Below are positions 11,961 through 23,139 of a stretch of DNA of 64,000 bases, piece after piece; the first letter of the stretch is position 1; each line of letters starts with the position of its first letter. A model generated the notes under the pieces. The model searched no databases and was not told where the DNA came from. It was given only the letters and a program-made list of their open reading frames with translations. The DNA comes from Chiloscyllium plagiosum. Lineage: Eukaryota. The stretch lies in contig NC_057750.1 of assembly GCF_004010195.1 (NCBI RefSeq), positions 8,599,524 through 8,663,523 of the forward strand, given 5' to 3'. Both the position numbers and the translations under genes were made by a program.

Positions 11961-12050
11961 GGTCTTGTCCAGGATTTGAATCCAGGGTCTCTCGCATGTC
12001 GACATTGTCCAAGCCCCTACGTGAGAATCATACCTCTAGACCAATGAGCC
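11961..12050 (-). tRNA. tRNA-Pro(AGG)-derived gene, probably a pseudogene, with an 18-nt intron-like insert (11997-12014)
   Basis: The minus strand reads GGCTCATTGGTCTAGAGGTATGATTCTCACGTAGGG[GCTTGGACAATGTCGACA]TGCGAGAGACCCTGGATTCAAATCCTGGACAAGACC. Without the bracket it matches the vertebrate tRNA-Pro(AGG) sequence as I recall it at 61/72 positions. Many mismatches are CpG transitions that weaken the acceptor, anticodon and T stems. Confidence 0.85.
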
Positions 12051-12127
12051 ACAGCCCTATCTCACTCTACACTACTCCAAGTAGCTCCTTCACCATCCTC
12101 TTTCCTAGACTGTCAATAGCCTCATAA

Positions 12128-12237
12128 GGAGAAAGTGAAGACTGCAGATGCTGGAGATCAGAGCTGAAAAATGTGTTGCTGGAAAAGCGCAGCAGGTCAG
12201 GCAGCATCAAAGGAGCAGGAGAAATGACATTTCGGGC
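12128..12237 (-). mobile_element. 110-bp PLE terminal micro-insertion inside a SINE
   Basis: 10-bp TSD AGCCTCATAA at 12118-12127 and 12238-12247; homologous to the PLE terminus at 6389-6496. Confidence 0.85.
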
Positions 12238-12679
12238 AGCCTCATAATCCAAAGGCCCAAGCTAATGCCCTGGGGACATAGGTTCAAATCCTGCCACAGC
12301 AGCTGGTTGAATTTGAATTTTTTTAACAAATCTGAAACATTAATTTTATTCACAGTGACTATGAAAATAGTGTTGAGTGTCATAAAAATCTGTGTGGCTC
12401 ACTTAGCCCCTTTAAAGAAAGAATTCTGCTGTCATTACCAATTTGGGTTTACAAGTTATTCCCATCTCACAGCAATGTTCTCTGAAATGGCCAAGCAAGC
12501 CCCTCAATTCAAGGGGCAGTTGGAGATGGGAAATACATGTTGGCCTTGCCAATGATGTCTGTGTACTACAAAAAGATTTTGAAAAAATAATTTGTTCTCT
12601 CGCTGCTTGCAATTCAGTGTCTTTCCTTTTCCCTCATTCTGACATCCTTCTTGCCAGCAGCATTACAGAAATAGGAGAT

Positions 12680-12992
12680 TGTTGACCGTGTGTATAGGTG
12701 TGTACATGCTGATTGTGTGTACAGACCATATGCACAGATGTGTGCATGCTGACAGTGTGTACAGACGAGTGCCTGCTGACGTTATGTACAAGTGTGAGCA
12801 CACTGACCGTATATACAGCCATGTGCATGCTGACCATGTGTACAGATGTGTGTATGCTGACCAGGTGTACAAGCATTTGCGCGCTGACCATGTGTACAGG
12901 TGTGTGTGCATGCTGACTATATGTACAAGCATGTGTAAATGCTGGCCATGTGTATAGGCATGTATGAATGCTGACCGTGTGTGCAGATGTGG
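12680..12992. repeat. Minisatellite, about 24-26 bp unit (about GCATGCTGACCATGTGTACAGATGTGT), about 12 copies
   Basis: Recurrent (a)tgctgacc.tgtgtaca. Confidence 0.88.
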
Positions 12993-13339
12993 TGTGCAGG
13001 ACTTTAGGATCCTATGAACTTCATTGAAAAGGCAGCACCTCGGAGAGTGTAGGGATGCCTCTACACTGGGAATGTTGGCCTGCACTTTCTGCTCCAGTCA
13101 CTGGAGTGGGACTTCAACCCTCACCTGCTGGCTCACTCAGTGCAACTCACTCAGCCATGCAGGCACTCCTCCAGTTACCTCCATCACCTTTGATCAAGTG
13201 AGAGGGGGTATAGTGAGAAAATTCAACCTGAGTCCCTTCTTGTTTCTAAATGAATGGCAGGGGAAAACGGCTGTGATGCCCCACCTGGTTGAATAGCCCA
13301 CAGGTCTGTGTGAAAATGAGACATCGGTACATGAAAGTT

Positions 13340-13583
13340 CTGGAATTTACACATGAAAGAACTGAAACCAACATGCCCATTCTAAAAGATGAGAGAGTTA
13401 ACAAACAATCCAGGTCTTTTTCAATATATAATTTAAGTTACATCACACTGTAACCTTTTGCTATAAATTCTGTGTCCTATGATTTTATACTCTACAACTA
13501 CCTGATGAAGGAGCAGTGCTCCGAAAGCTAGTGCTTCCAAATAAACCTGTTGGACTATAACCTGGTGTTATGTAATTTTTGAC
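13340..13583 (+). mobile_element. PLE 3' terminus, second family
   Basis: Contains the hammerhead at 13499-13533 and the tail aataaacctgttggactataacctggtg shared with 19768-19854; the left boundary is approximate. Confidence 0.65.
13499..13533 (+). ncRNA. Minimal hammerhead ribozyme motif, second PLE family
   Basis: TAC CTGATGA A GGAGC AGT GCTCC GAAA GCTA GTG: helix II GGAGC/GCTCC, palindromic helix III AGCT, CUA triplet, helix I UAC/GUG. Confidence 0.75.
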
Positions 13584-13899
13584 TGAGAGAGAGAAAACAT
13601 TCTTCTGTAAATTACACTTACTGACTGAAGGGGTCAAGCGACACAGAGAGAGAGGGAGAGACAGACAGACAGGACGGAAGTTGGTGGAAAGATTAACTCT
13701 TTGTGGTCTGATTTGAGTGAATACTGGCTTGTCATGGATTGAATGTTTGTGTGTTGCTCCCTGGACCTCGAGATCTGGGAATGTTATGCATTTAATTTGT
13801 ATTATGGGAATCTAAGATGATTTTCAAAGAGAAAGCCATTTTGTAGGACAGTGATACTGGACATGTTAGCCAAACAAGGTTACCTCATGACCTTTTCAC

Positions 13900-14980
13900 A
13901 TAGTTTAGTGGTGATTTAGTGGTTTGAATCAGAAATTGGCTATCTGAAAGAAGACAGGTTGGTGGTCAATGGGAAATGTTCATCCTGGAGCTCAGTTACC
14001 AATGGTGTACTGCAAGGATCTGTTTTGGGTCCACTGTTGTTTGTCATTTTTATAAATGATCTGGATGTGGGCTTAGAAGGATGGGTTAATAAATTTGCAG
14101 ATAACACTAGGGTAGGCAGAGTTGGGGATAGTCCCGAAGGATGTTGTGGGTTACAGGGGGACACAGATAAGATGCAGAGCTGGGCTGAGAAATGGCAAAT
14201 GGAGTTTAATGCGGAAAAGTGTGAGGCAGTTCACTTCGGAAGAAGTAACAGGAATGCAGAGTACTGGACTAATGGTAAAATGCTTGGCAGTGTAGATGAA
14301 CAGAGAGATCTCGGTGTCCAGGTGCATAAATCCCTGATCATTGCCACCCAGATTGACGGTTGTTAAGAAGGCATACGGTGTGTTGGCATTTATTGGTAGG
14401 GGCGTTGAGTTTCGGAGCCATGAGGTCATGCCTCAGCTGTACAAGACATTAGTAAGGCTGCACCTGGAATATTGCGTGCAGTTCTGGTCACCGCATTATA
14501 GGAAGGATGTGGAAGCTTTGGAAAGGGTTCAGAGGAGATTTACTAGGATGTTTCCTAGTATGGAAGGAAGATCTTATGAGGAAAGGCTGAGGAACTGAGG
14601 CTGTTTTCGTTAGAGAGAAGAAGGTTGAGAGGTGACTTAATTGAGGCATAAAAGATAATCAGAGGGTTAGAAAGGGTGGACAGTGAGAGCCTTTATCCTC
14701 GGATGGTGAAGGCTAACACGAGGGGACATAGCTTTAAATTGAGGGGTGATTTAGGACAGATATGAGGGGTAGTTTCTTCACCCAGAGTAGCAGGGGCATG
14801 GAACATCCTGCCTGCGACAGTAGTAGATTCGTCGACATTAAGGGCATTTAAATGGGCATTGGGCATACATATGGATAATAATGGAACAGTGTAGGTTAGA
14901 TGGGCATCAGATTACTTTCTCAAGTCGGCGCAACATCAAGGGCTGAAGGGCTTGTACTGCGCTGTAACGTTCTATGTTCT
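13900..14980 (+). mobile_element. CR1-clade LINE 3' fragment (RT C-terminus to 3' end)
   Basis: GVLQGSVLGPLLFVIFINDLD...KFADNT, WAEKWQMEFNAEKC and LEYCVQFWSPHYRKD; frameshifted; ends ttctatgttct. Confidence 0.92.
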
Positions 14981-16159
14981 GTGTTGCTGGGGAGTTCCAT
15001 GGAGGCCCCAGTAGCCTCTGCAGAATCACAGTCTAGCCTGGGATCATTGTGGATGAAGTTGGAGGGTGGGGGGTTGCAATTCTGGACAGTGTGTGCATGA
15101 GTTAGAGGGAATTGACAACAGCTGCCATTAGTTTCACTCCTTTAACACTGCAAAACATCCCAAGATACTTGACATAGATGTGAACAGGTTTGGGGAGGGG
15201 ATTCCAGAGATTGGAGTCTGGGGTCCAGGCAGCTGGGGACTGGTCTGCCAATGGTAATGTGATAAAAGCAAATGCAAGATGCTTAAGAAGCTCGAATTAA
15301 ACACAACGATCTCAAGAGGTTTGATGGGGCTGTAGGAGGTTACATAGGTGAGCTGACATCTTCATGTGTACAATCCCAATGCAACTTCAGAAGGGAATAA
15401 AGCTGACCCTTCCCAAAGGTGCTATGTCTTTCAAATCAGAACTGCATCTGGGCTTGTTCTTCCAGAATTGACAACCAAGTGCCCCTACCTACTTGTCGAT
15501 GCTGCATGTTTTCTATATGAATCCCAACTTGATCCCAGCCTTTCCACTTGTCAATCTCTAATCACCCTTGCCCCAAGTAAATAAACTGGGTGACTGAATC
15601 AAACGGAGGAAAAATTTGTTTTTTGTGGGGTTTTTTTCTCTCTCTTTCATTCGACTTGAATGATGCAGCCTCAAGCACCCTAATTTACATATTGAATAGG
15701 CCCGATTTGCATAAATTACCACCACTTGAATGCCATGAAAATAGCAATCACAGTTAAATGAACAATATGGTTCAGCTGCGAAAATAGTGATCTGTGCTCA
15801 CCTCCCACTGACAAAGTACAGGGAAAACAACACTGATTTTCAATTAGATTCGCAGGTGCAATTTCTTTCAAAACACCGCTATTATTTCCCAAACTAATTC
15901 TCTTCATTTTTTTTTCGAAAGGGTTGTGATAAATTTACCTCTGGCTGTTGTGAGTTACACCAGAAGATCGACACTCCCTCAGCTTTCTCCCCCCCCCCCC
16001 CCCCAGTACTCAAACAAATCTCTGCTATTTCCCAGTCTGATTTCTCCTGTATGGTCGCAACCAGACCCCAGTTCGGACATACTTTGTAATCCAGCCCCTG
16101 CATAGCATTCCATTCACCAACCCCCACCTCCCAGGTATTGTGCAGAATGTTAGCTCATT

Positions 16160-17157
16160 GGATTTCAAGACTAGAGGCATATTTTTAAGGTGAGAGAGGA
16201 AAGATTTAAAGAAGACATTTGGGACACTTTTTTTACACAGAGTGGTTCGTGTGTGGAATGAACTTCCAGAGGAAGTGGTGGATGCGGGTATTGTTACAAC
16301 ATTTAAAAGACCTTCAGATCAGTACATGAATAAGAAATGTTTGAGGGGTTTTGGCCAAGCACAGGTAAGTGAGACTAGTTTAGTTCAGGGTAATGGTTAG
16401 TATGAACTGGTTGGACCGAAGGGCGTGTCTCCATGCTGTATAATTCTATGACTCCAAAGTCCCAAAGTTTGCATTTTGGGAAAGCAAATCTTAGCAGGAC
16501 TTATACACTTAATGGTAAGTTCCTAAGGAGGGTTGCTGAACAAAGAGACCTTTGAGTGTAGGTTCATAGCTCCTTGAAAGTGGAGTCGCAGTTTGCTATG
16601 CTTTCCTTTATTGGTTAGAGTATTGAGTACAGGAGTTGGGAGGTCATGTTGCGGCTGTACAGGACATTGGTTAGGCCACTGTTGGAATATTGCATGCCAT
16701 TTACAAGGATGTTGCTAGGGTTGGAGGATTTGAGCTATAGGGATAGGTTGAACAGGCTCGGGCTGTTTTCCCTGGAGCGTCAGAGGCTGAGGGGTGACCT
16801 TATAGAGGTTTATAAAATCATGAGGGGCACGGATAGGATAAATAGATGAAGTCTTTTCCCTGGGGTGGGGGAGTCCAGAACTAGAGGACATATGTTTAGG
16901 GTGAGAGGGAAAAGATATAAAAGAGACCTAAGGGGCAACTTTTTCATGCAGAGGGTAGTATGTGTATGGAATGAGCTGCCAGAGGAAGTAGTGGAGGCTA
17001 GTACAATTGCAACATTTAAAAGGTATCTGGATGGGTATATGAATAGGAAGGCTTTGGAGGGATATGGGCCAGGTGCTGGCAGGTGGGATTAGACTGTGTT
17101 GGGATATCTGGTCGGCATGGACGGGTCTGTTTCTGTGCTATATATCTCTATGACTCT
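16160..17157 (+). mobile_element. Two tandem CR1/HER1 LINE 3' fragments (about 16160-16455 and 16465-17157)
   Basis: LYRTLVRPLLEYC, LFSLERQRLRGDLIEVYKIMRG and NFFMQRVVCVWNELPEEVV; both end in ctatgactc. Confidence 0.9.
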
Positions 17158-18872
17158 TTGATTCTCTAACTACCTCAGACCACAAAGTGAAGGAGCAGAA
17201 ATGAGCTGTTCAGCCCATTGAGTGTAGTCTCAGTATGGCACTGTGGCAACATTAAAATGACCTCAGTTTGACCATAAGACATAGGAGCAGACTTAGGCCA
17301 TTCAGCCCGTCAAGTCTGCTGCACCATTCAAGGAGACCATGGCTGATCAGATAATCCTCAACTCCACCTTATCACCTTTTCCCCACAATGTCACTCATCA
17401 AAAACTGTCTTATCTCAGCCTTGAATACATTTAATGATCCAGCCTCAAACCTGTGCAGTAAAAATTTTTCATAGAATCACTATCCTCTAACAAGAAATTT
17501 CTCCTCATCTCTTTCTTAAATGTGCAACCCCTTTATTCTGGCATAATGAAATCAAAATGGTGACAGAGGAGGGCTCCTGAACTAGAGCTCCTTTGCTCTG
17601 GCTGCTTTTCTTTCTTCTTTTCTTGCTTTTTACTTTACTTTTTTAAATAGTTTTTTTGTTTTTCTTTTCTCTCCTTGCCTTCTGGAGGCAGTGGCAGTGA
17701 TGGCAGCAGCTGGAGGCTTTGGGGTCAGCCACAAGGTGGCTGGTGTCCCTGGGCAGAACTCTGGAGGTTGGTGACATCTCCGTCACGTCGAATGATATCA
17801 TGGTTTCTTTCCATGAGTGGTGGACATGATGTATATCAGTAAAGCATTCTTCTAAGGATTCATTCGATCTATCCTGTCTATACCTGACATATGCTTCCTT
17901 CTTTTTCTTTACCCTCAATTTCTTTAGTTATCCAGCATTCCCTATACCTACCAGTCCTTTCTTTCACCCTAACAGGAATATACTTTCTCTGGATTCTTGT
18001 TATCTCATTTCTGAAGGCTTCCCATTTTCCAGCCATCCCTTTGCCTGTGTACATCTGCCCCAATCAGCTTTTGAAAGCTCTTGCCTAATGCCATCAAAAT
18101 TGGCCTTCCTCCAACTTAAAACTTCAACTTTTAGATCTGGTCTATCCTTTTCCATCACTATTTTAAAACTGAGAGAATTATGGTCGCTGGCCCCAAAACT
18201 CTCTCCCACTGACACCTCAGTTATCTGCCCTGTCTTATTTCCCAAGAGTAGGTCAGGTTTTGCATCTTCTCTGGTAGGTACATCCACATATTGAATCAAA
18301 ATATTTTCCTGTATCCACTTCACAAGTTCCTGTCCAAATTGCAACATTTGAAAGGTATCTGGATGGGTATATGAATAGGAAGGCTTTGGAGGGATATGGG
18401 CCAGGTGCTGGCAGGTGGGATTAGACTGTGTTGGGATATCTGGTCGGCATGGACGGGTCTGTTTCTGTGCTATATATCTCTATGACTCTTTGATTCTCTA
18501 ACTACCTCAGACCACAAAGTGAAGGAGCAGAAATGAGCTGTTCAGCCCATTGAGTGTAGTCTCAGTATGGCACTGTGGCAACATTAAAATGACCTCAGTT
18601 TGACCATAAGACATAGGAGCAGACTTAGGCCATTCAGCCCGTCAAGTCTGCTGCACCATTCAAGGAGACCATGGCTGATCAGATAATCCTCAACTCCACC
18701 TTATCACCTTTTCCCCACAATGTCACTCATCAAAAACTGTCTTATCTCAGCCTTGAATACATTTAATGATCCAGCCTCAAACCTGTGCAGTAAAAATTTT
18801 TCATAGAATCACTATCCTCTAACAAGAAATTTCTCCTCATCTCTTTCTTAAATGTGCAACCCCTTTATTCTG
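17005..18872 (+). repeat. 536-bp near-identical direct duplication (17005-17540 and 18337-18872) around a 796-bp filler
   Basis: The copies are offset by 1332 bp; I saw one mismatch by eye (atttaaaagg vs atttgaaagg). Confidence 0.92.
17845..18336 (-). mobile_element. CR1 LINE internal fragment (endonuclease C-terminal part and tether)
   Basis: QYVDVPTREDAKPDLLLGN...GASDHNSLSFKI (SDH motif of the APE endonuclease). Confidence 0.85.
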
Positions 18873-19767
18873 AGATTATGCCCTCTGGTCCTAAACTGTC
18901 CCACAGGGGAAAACTGGATAAATGAAATACAACGAGAAGAGGGACAGTTAATACAGGATTGAAAGCACTGTATCTGAATATGCGCAGTATAAGAAATAAA
19001 GTAAATGAGCTGATGGCGCAAATTGAAATTGGCAGGTATGATGTGGGCATCATGGAGATGTGGCTGCAAGAGAATCAGGACTGGGAGCTAAATATGCAAG
19101 GATGTATGTCCTATCGAAAAACAGGTAGGAGGGGAAAGGGGGTGGGGTTGCCTTGTTAGTAAAAAAAAAATGCAATTAAATCAATAAATAAACGAAGTAG
19201 GGTCAGATGTTCTAGATTCTGTGTGGGTAGAGATGAAGACCCGCAGAGGTGAAAAAATCCATAATGGCTTCCAAACAGTAGTCAGGATTTGGTGCATAAG
19301 ATACACCAAGAGATAGAAAAGGCTAATAAGAAAGGGGGATTTTAATATGCAGATGGACTGGGAAAACCAGGTTGGTGATAGATCACAAGGAAAGGAATTG
19401 TGGAATATCTATGAGATGACTCTTTGGAGCCCACTAGGAAAGAGGCAATTCTGGACTTAGTGTTGTGTAATGAGGCAGACTTGATAAGAGAGCTTAAAGT
19501 GAAAGAACTCATAGGAGGCAGTGATCATAATATAATAGAATTTGTTCTGCAATTTGAGAGAGAGAGGGTGGAATCAGATGTAACTGTATTACAGTTGAAT
19601 AAAGGCAACTACAGAGGCATGAGGAAGGAGCTGACCAAAATTGAATGGGAGAGGAGCCGAGCAGGAAATATAGTGGAACAGCAATGGCAGACATTTCTGG
19701 GAGTAATTCCGGAGACACAGCAAAAAATCATTCCTATCAAAGGGACAATGAGGCAACCATGGCTGAT

Positions 19768-19854
19768 CAGAGTTAAAAATCACACAGCACCAGGTTATAG
19801 TCCAACAGGTTTATTTGGAAGCATTAGCTTTCGGAGCGCTGCTCCTTCTTCAGG
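19768..19854 (-). mobile_element. About 87-bp PLE (second family) micro-insertion inside a CR1 LINE
   Basis: Flanked by TGGCTGAT at 19760-19767 and 19855-19862; reverse-complement homolog of 13500-13583. Confidence 0.8.
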
Positions 19855-19856
19855 TG
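19822..19856 (-). ncRNA. Minimal hammerhead motif, second PLE family (helix I mismatch)
   Basis: Reverse complement is CAC CTGAAGA A GGAGC AGC GCTCC GAAA GCTA ATG. Confidence 0.65.
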
Positions 19857-20759
19857 GCTGATAGGGAAGTCAGGGACAACATAAAAGCAAAAGAGAAAGC
19901 ATATAATGTGATGAAGGACTGTGGAAAGCTGGAGAATTGAGCAACCTTCAAAGACCAACAGAGGACAGCGAAGAAAGAAATAAGGAGGGTAAGCTAGCCA
20001 GTAATATTAGGGATGATTACAATAGTTTCTTTAGATATATAAAGGGAAAAAAAGAGAGGCAAAAGTGGATTTTGGGCTGCTGGAAAATGATGCTAGAGAA
20101 CTGAATGAGTACTTTGCATCAGTCTTCACAGTGGAAGACACAGGTAATATCCCAAAAATTCAAGGAAGTTGGGGGCAGAAATGAGTACAGTGGCCATCAC
20201 CAAGGAGAAGGTACTAGAAAAACTGAAAAGTCGGAAAGTGGACAAATTGCCTGGACCACATGGGCTTTTGCCTTCCCTATTACCTGCTGAACTTGGATGC
20301 CAGCCTTTTGTGATTCATGGACAAGTATTCCTAAATCCCTCTGTGCTGCAGCTTTCTGCAGTATTTCTCCATAAAAGTAATTTTGACTGAGTCAAGCAAT
20401 TGCGTTCCAGGGTGATCTTTTCAATGTTGTCTTTTAGACACTTAACTAATCTCAGGCAGCCCCTCAAGATCGAGAGTGATTCCATTGCAGTTCAGGGGTG
20501 GCTGGTCAGATCAATGTTCATTCTGTAGTCTGTGCCATGTTTGGCAGAGATTTGTGGGGATGTGTGGTTTGTAATGGTCATGCTTGAAGGGTTGCGGAAT
20601 CTGAGTTTGGAAGTTAGTGCACTCCCTCTAAAACCTCTGTACCTTCCTGACAAAGCCTCTTAATGTACTCCATGCCTTCCCTAAATAGCCTCTACACTTC
20701 TGCTTGGTCATGAACCAGGATTGCCCCTGAGTTGATGGGTATGTTTGACCTCTTCAGAA

Positions 20760-22690
20760 ATAGGAACAGGAATGGACCATTCAGCCCATCCAATGTGCTC
20801 TGCCATTTAATGTAAAAATGTCAGAAATAACTCTTCACTGCCTTTTACTTGCTCTCTCTCCATAAAACTTTGCACCAGGAGTAATCAGAAATCTATCAAC
20901 TTCTACCTTAAACACACTCAGTGACTGAGCCTCCACAACCTTTGGGAGAGTTCCAAAAATTCACAACTCTGAGTAAAAACTATCCTCATCTCCATCCTAA
21001 CCGGCATCCCCTTTATATTTAAACTGCACTCCCTGGATCTAGACTCCCTACCTGGTGGAAAACCTTAACTGCATCAATTCCTTTATATGTATTATAGATT
21101 TCAATGAGATCCTCTCTCATTCTTCGAAACTGTAGAGATTAGAAGCCCAGTTTGCCCAATGTCTTATGTCTTTGTCCTATGTCTTCATAGGACACTCCCA
21201 CTATGCCAAGAACATGTCCGGTGAATCTTTATTGCACACCCACTTATTACAGTAATACCTTTCCTGAGATAAGGAGATCAGAACTACACACAGTACCCAT
21301 CACATCCTGCCGACATGGGAATAGCCCATTTATTCCTACTCTTTGTTTCTGTCTGTTAGATAATCCTTACTCCATGTCAGTACATTACCTTCTACAACAT
21401 GTTCTTTAATTTTGCTAATAAACCTTTAATGGGGAACTTATCAAAAGCCTTCTGAAACTTCAAGTATACTGTATCCATTGACTCCCCTTTATCAATTTTG
21501 ATAGTAATGTATTCAAGCACATTTGTCAAACACAGTGTTCTATTTGCAAATCCATGCTAACTATATTCAATCAGTTCATTTTTTATTCAAATGTCCACTT
21601 ATCATATTCTTTACAATACATTCTAACATAGAGTCATAAAGATGTACAGCTCGGAAACAGACCCTTCGGTCTAACCCATGTTCTACTACTGATGTGAAAC
21701 TGACAATCTATAATTTCCTGTTTCCCTTTTGCTCTCTTTTAGTGGAGTGACATTTGAGAGCATTCAACTTGCAGGCGTCATTCTGGAATCTGTAGAATTT
21801 TGGAAGATGATCACTAACACATCAATTACTTCTGTTGCTCCCTCTTTCAACAATGGGGTGAAGACTGAGGTCCTGGGGCTTATCAACTCTCAGCCCCATT
21901 ACCTCATTCAGTACTTCCTCCTTACTATTCTAATTTTGTTCAACTCCTTATACTCCCTAGTCATGTAAATCTTTAGTTCTGGGAGATTTCTTTCTCAGTG
22001 AAAACAGATAGAAAGTAATCATTTAACTTCTCTGCCATTTCTCTATTTCCCATTATAAATTCTCTTGACTGCTTTTAACTGACCCATACTTGTCTGAGAC
22101 AAATGTTTCCTTTTTATGTACCTGTAGAAGCTTTTATAGTCAATTTTTAACATTTTTGGCTATTTTGCATTCATATTCTGTTCTTCATTTCCTTATAAGT
22201 TTCTTAGTCGTCCTTTGCTGTTTACTAAAATGTTACCAATTCTCAGATTTATTACATTTTATGGCTACTTCATAAGCCTTTTCTTTTACTCTCATACAAT
22301 CCTTAACTTCCTTTGTAAACCATAATTCCCTGATCTATTTCAACCTGAAGGAATGTGTAGTTACTGTAAGGCATGTATTAGTTCTTCAAAGACTATCTAT
22401 TGCCTATGTACAGTCAGGATTTTGATTGTATTTTCCCAATCCATCAGCCAGTTTGTGCCTTCATAACTTCCTTTGTTCAAATTTAACACCTACTTCTATT
22501 CAGCAGTATATGGATAACTCCAGCCAATGTCATCCACACATTGTCCTTCTGATCTGGGATCCTCTTTACTAATATTATCTATTATCATCAGAACAACTCC
22601 ACCTCCTTTTCCCCTTTGTCTGTCATTCCTAAATGTCAAATTTCTTTGAATTTACAGTACTCAGTCCTGGTCACCTGGCATGTTTCTGTA
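20760..22690 (-). mobile_element. Old, heavily decayed CR1-clade LINE remnants
   Basis: Patchy minus-strand similarity to CR1 3' end, RT (ttatcaaaagccttctgaaa = DFQKAFDK-like) and endonuclease segments. Confidence 0.6.
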
Positions 22691-22695
22691 ATGTA

Positions 22696-23017
22696 ATTAG
22701 TTTAGATTAGATTACTTACAGTGTGGAAACTGTAAGTTTCCAACAAGTCCACACCGATCTGCCGAAGCACAACTCACCCAGACCCATTCCCCTACATTTA
22801 CTCCTTCACCTAACACTACGGGCAATTTAGCATGGCCAATTCACCTAACCTGCACATTTCTGGACTGTGGGAGGAAACAGAAGCAACCGGAGAAAACCCT
22901 CGCAGACACGGGGAGAATGTGCAAACTCAACACAGACAGTTGCCTGAGGCGGGAATTGAACCCAGGTCTCTGGCGCTGTGAGGCAGCAGTGTTAATTACT
23001 GTGCCACCATGCCGCCC
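22696..23017 (-). mobile_element. HE1-type V-SINE
   Basis: Head GGGCGGCATGGTGGCACAGT..., V-domain and (TCTAA)n tail on the - strand. Confidence 0.9.
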
Positions 23018-23139
23018 TTGTATCTGTATTTGTGCCCTTAGATCACCTGCCTTGTTGAGAATGCTATGTATTCAGGTAGAGTGCCTTTAAGTTAGTCTTT
23101 TTGATGTCATTGCACATTTGAGGTATCCCCAATGCTCAG

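Larger units (their letters stand above)
18915..20265 (+). mobile_element. CR1 LINE ORF2 N-terminal fragment (APE endonuclease and tether), decayed
   Basis: KALYLNMRSIRNKVNEL..., EPTRKEAILDLVLCNE...GGSDHNIIEF and KVDKLPGPHG. Confidence 0.88.

Noticed and set aside
12634..13085. Overlapping repetitive ORFs, and a superficially CRISPR-like periodic array
   Set aside because: This is a degenerate head-to-tail minisatellite with no unique spacers, in eukaryotic DNA with no cas genes.
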